Made by a program: the position numbers and the translations under genes. Shown here one piece after another: positions 61,701 through 64,000 of a DNA stretch of 64,000 nt. Numbering within the stretch: the stretch's first letter is position 1; each line of letters opens with the position of its first letter. The notes under the pieces were generated by a model. It ran no database searches, was not told where the DNA came from, and saw only the letters and a program-made list of their open reading frames with translations. This stretch comes from Rubripirellula sp. (GTDB lineage: Bacteria; Planctomycetota; Planctomycetia; Pirellulales; Pirellulaceae): positions 6,144,001-6,208,000 of the forward strand of contig OZ244207.1 of NCBI GenBank assembly GCA_965216875.1, written 5' to 3'.

Positions 61701-62629
61701 AACTGGCCTCCGCTCGAACGCAACTGACCGAGCATGACGGGGTCATCATGTTCGGCGGACGCGGTGCCTTCGCGCGACCAGGAAGCCAGCGTGGGCCAAC
61801 TCAACTCGCTAGTTGGTATCCGTATGAATTGCTCGACACGCTTCAGGAGTGTCTTGCAGTGATGAGGGCAAGTCAACGATCAAGCCGACTATCCCGGCCG
61901 CGTTCGGATCGATCCATCATGAAGAGTCTGTTGCAACAAAACCGGCATTGGAAGGTCGACACCCGACTCTTGATTCACTACCTGCTGGAAAGTGAAGTCA
62001 ACGCAACGTTCGTGAGCCGAGTGATCGAAGACGAAGATGAACTGCGACCGCTGCTAAGACATCCTTCCTTCCGCAGCTATGTCGGCCAATCACTGGTGCG
62101 TGCTGACAACCCAACTAGCCTGTACACCTTGTTCAGTACGTGGAAGCTAGGCCAAGCCGAGCCAAAGATCATCCAAGCCATGTTGGATTGGCTGGAAACG
62201 GGCGACGCACTCCATGTCCACTTTGCCTTCAGCCAACTTAGCGACATTGACAAACGCAACGACACAAACCGGATGGACACCACATGGGTTGCCCCGATCC
62301 TGTCTGCGATTGATCGACTCTCTGAATCCAGCGCGGTCAACGATCGCGAAATATCCTACCTACTTCAACTCGGCGACCAAGCGCCCAACGCGGTACCGGT
62401 TGCCGTCCGCTTTTTGGACCGCTGGCTCGAGACAACCGATCCCGCGGAAGAAGTCGACATTGATGATGACCTTGTTGAGATACTCAACCGAGATCTGGAG
62501 CAGGTCAAACCTCTGGCTCCAAAGATCGGCAAGTTCTTCGAAGTCGCGGCTGACGTCCGACGCACGAACCTTTGGTTGCTTTTGCAATCGTTGCAGGACT
62601 TCGTAAACGAAGAAGTGCTTCGCAAGTAG
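58793..62629 (+). CDS. Membrane Ser/Thr protein kinase with N-terminal zinc-finger (anti-sigma-like) domain
   Basis: HLVTCPKC; GRGGMS, VALK, HRDVKPSN, DFG, YMAPEQ, DLYALG; TM segment; long helical C-terminal region. Confidence 0.95.
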   Translation: MMLATSCYSRDQLEDYLHGSVDDALSDAIESHLVTCPKCEDTLAELDEADDTLVRTLKLRQDSVIAPEPDWVQRVADAAYEGSSSADVEMDETSDQVLGDYVLERVLGRGGMSVVFAARHKHLGREVALKVLLPTNQQHAVSRDRFAREMRAVGVLDHAAIVRATDAGQCDDTLYLVMERVRGVDLNRVSKSLGPLPVAEVCKIGHEIALGLAHAHAKGVVHRDVKPSNVMLDDNANIKILDFGLARMQSGVCDVSLQTTMGQLLGTLDYMAPEQASGGEVGPQADLYALGATLFKLLAGIPPHGRSSELPIIEFLNRLATDEASAIDQFRADVPIELANLIAQLLTSDPSQRPSSANQVAEQLAAFAADANVDSIAVQAIAKLDETVEGEEFSVKATLSQLLAAHRKDDNDPSTTTSGTNQAAGGPRRFGPSDWIGLGLGAISLCGVIWLAIILTLKSEQGEIRIESDLEDVRVEIVDEKDRSDILAVQRGQAATTVSAGRYRIRLASPADGIEITPNNLQVTRGGIVIAKIKQTKTSESKSDPPTATPRMTAALEVVLAETEEQLQAAIDANNTERIRNLRTKLEELRIMSRPVPTEPVYQGRTLGDWIAQMRFEQESKSRELAENNVLRLAEIQPDSQHITLAMEVGARQFEWKSRTIAAQLLYDLSPDGSADNLTKIATHIVDVDRTIADEQLRQLLSGEDRKLRDYALTLCSDLRISIQQGQWPKTFAALRALAATQSESETQDHARQIVLAICEPDASAATHRLDQLDANSLSEDELTLVLYVIHERRFEVDRSRHVELLAQWFDRIEYDPGPYPSYGPLSRFWYQASVGPFIGLDVGNINEKTQNELNQVLTPLITSLQRAVNDAEKSPHDAKLNRAAASKSLSLSTLLREIPLTGSAREQAAKALDQRLDQLIRFRAESDVPPMNTMDSPSSVSSILLLLTGSVPEQLTRDSSGENGWMAKELASARTQLTEHDGVIMFGGRGAFARPGSQRGPTQLASWYPYELLDTLQECLAVMRASQRSSRLSRPRSDRSIMKSLLQQNRHWKVDTRLLIHYLLESEVNATFVSRVIEDEDELRPLLRHPSFRSYVGQSLVRADNPTSLYTLFSTWKLGQAEPKIIQAMLDWLETGDALHVHFAFSQLSDIDKRNDTNRMDTTWVAPILSAIDRLSESSAVNDREISYLLQLGDQAPNAVPVAVRFLDRWLETTDPAEEVDIDDDLVEILNRDLEQVKPLAPKIGKFFEVAADVRRTNLWLLLQSLQDFVNEEVLRK

Positions 62630-62656
62630 ACTGGCCAGACTGCAACGTGCGACCGT

Positions 62657-63085
62657 TTACTTTACGCCAGCAAGTTCGATTTCCGCAGCCAGCCGATCGG
62701 CCTTGGCCAGTAAACGCTGTTCAGCTTGGGCCGCGCCAACATCGAAGAGTTGTTTGGTCGCCGCCTCGAGTTCGCGTAGGTTCGCAACACGGTCACTGCG
62801 AAACTTCTTTTCTTTTGCTTTGTCCGTGCCCTTGACGATCTCGATTTCCGCAAGGAGCAACTTGTCGCGAGCCTTGATCATCTCGGCAAAGTCAGCTTGT
62901 CCAGACCGGTATCGTTCTTCGATCAATTCGCTGAACTGACGAACAACATCTCGATACTCTTTTTTCAACTCGATCACTTCGCCCGAAGTCGTCTTGTTTG
63001 GCTCTTCCGAAACGACCTGATTTGCCAACAGACTCACCAAAATCACCACCATACACGTGGTCACTAATGCAATCGTGGATTTCAT
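62657..63085 (-). CDS. Hypothetical secreted helical protein
   Basis: Signal peptide; two helical-hairpin repeats (RYRSG...LLAEIE, LFDVG...LAAEIEL) reminiscent of TolC-like helices. Confidence 0.75.
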   Translation of the reverse strand: MKSTIALVTTCMVVILVSLLANQVVSEEPNKTTSGEVIELKKEYRDVVRQFSELIEERYRSGQADFAEMIKARDKLLLAEIEIVKGTDKAKEKKFRSDRVANLRELEAATKQLFDVGAAQAEQRLLAKADRLAAEIELAGVK

Positions 63086-63213
63086 CGTTCGTTCTCGCTT
63101 TTTGAGTGATCCAGCAACCGACCACTGGGTATTCTAAACCGAGACCGTACGCGGTACCGACTCAAACCAGATCAAAACCAAACTCTCGATACCGATTCAT
63201 CCACGGAGCCGAA

Positions 63214-64000
63214 ATGATGAAGCGTCGCCAATTCCTTTCAGGTGTCAGTGCCGCGAGTCTCGCAGCGGGTTTGCCGAGTGGTCGTGCTTGGAGCCAGCAT
63301 CAACATGCCGATCACAACCACGCGCACGAACACTGTCATCCGACCTATGAATCGATCGAAGCCGCGATGACCGCACCGCGTGAAACGCATGCGTTCGTAC
63401 CAGCCATACGCGTCGGCACCAAATCGTCGGGAAAATCGGACTACATGGCGACTGTGGATGTTGACCCGGCTTCGGCTGATTATGGAAAGGTGGTCGGCCG
63501 GTTTTCACTTCCACACCCGGGCGACGAACTTCATCACTACGGCTGGAACGCTTGCAGTAGCTGCCACGGCGAGCGACATCGACGCTACTTGGTTGTGCCT
63601 GGGTTGGCATCTGGCAATATCTACATCGTGGACGCCGTTGATCCAACCAACCTGCAGCTACACAAGACGATTCAAGCCGAAGAGATTGCGAAGAAGGCCA
63701 ATCTCTCGACCCCACACACCGTGCATTGCCGCGCTGACGGTGTGATCATGATTTCGATGCTGGGCGACGCGGAAGGCAACGCGCCTGGCGGATTCCTTGA
63801 AATCGACTCGGACTTTTCCGTCGCGGGACGCTGGGAGGCGTCACTGGAGGGCATGAACTTCAACTATGACTTTTGGTACCAGCCGCGTCATAACGTGATG
63901 GTCAGCAGCGAGTGGGCGGCGCCCAACACAGTCAAGAATGGCTTCCAACTCGAAGATGTCGAAGCTGGAAAGTACGGCCACCATCTGCACTTCTGGGATT
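63214..64000 (+). CDS. Selenium-binding protein (SBP56)/methanethiol oxidase-like, Tat-exported; 3'-truncated
   Basis: Own translation (not in the ORF track): MMKRRQFL Tat signal, DYMATVDVDP.S.DYGKV, DELHHYGWNACSSC, PHTVHC, YDFWYQPRHNVMVSSEWAAP. GGAG RBS. Confidence 0.92.
   Translation, partial: MMKRRQFLSGVSAASLAAGLPSGRAWSQHQHADHNHAHEHCHPTYESIEAAMTAPRETHAFVPAIRVGTKSSGKSDYMATVDVDPASADYGKVVGRFSLPHPGDELHHYGWNACSSCHGERHRRYLVVPGLASGNIYIVDAVDPTNLQLHKTIQAEEIAKKANLSTPHTVHCRADGVIMISMLGDAEGNAPGGFLEIDSDFSVAGRWEASLEGMNFNYDFWYQPRHNVMVSSEWAAPNTVKNGFQLEDVEAGKYGHHLHFWD

Noticed and set aside
63245..63863. ORF-track calls 63245..63715, 63380..63745 and 63672..63863
   Set aside because: They overlap the selenium-binding protein frame starting at 63214, which has strong family motifs and runs off the window.

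Overview
64 kb of bacterial chromosome, almost certainly from a planctomycete of the Pirellulaceae type. This is inferred from two DUF1559 prepilin-like genes, a DUF1553/DUF1501 pair, CRTAC1/ASPIC-UnbV proteins, three sulfatases, a PEP-CTERM protein and an ECF sigma/Ser-Thr kinase pair. Contents in order: a DUF1559/oxidoreductase/FG-GAP/sulfatase cluster with a two-component system; a DUF1553-DUF1501 pair with a divergent PAS-AraC regulator; a cobalamin riboswitch in front of a lone PEP-CTERM surface protein; GH28 plus sulfatase; ArsR-SRPBCC-DinB-serine hydrolase; an RND efflux pair, TetR and GNAT; a patch of decayed mobile and REP-like sequence; a pilin locus beside tRNA-Leu(TAA); a beta-barrel protein and arylsulfatase; a repeat-flanked cassette of orphan genes; a dense REP-like cluster; hisI-hisG; a second DUF1559 module; ECF sigma plus kinase; and the start of a Tat-exported selenium-binding/methanethiol oxidase-like gene missing from the ORF track. 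The best candidate for an undescribed system is the pilin locus at 40.6-44.0 kb. There a Flp-type pilin gene and an apparently catalytically degenerate prepilin-peptidase-like gene are each preceded by their own DUF2946/CruR-like leader ORF (TM segment, CxxC, 43-44 aa spacer, C-terminal RGPP arrest-like motif), suggesting metal-sensing control by ribosome stalling. All family calls are from motif recognition by eye; no searches were run.
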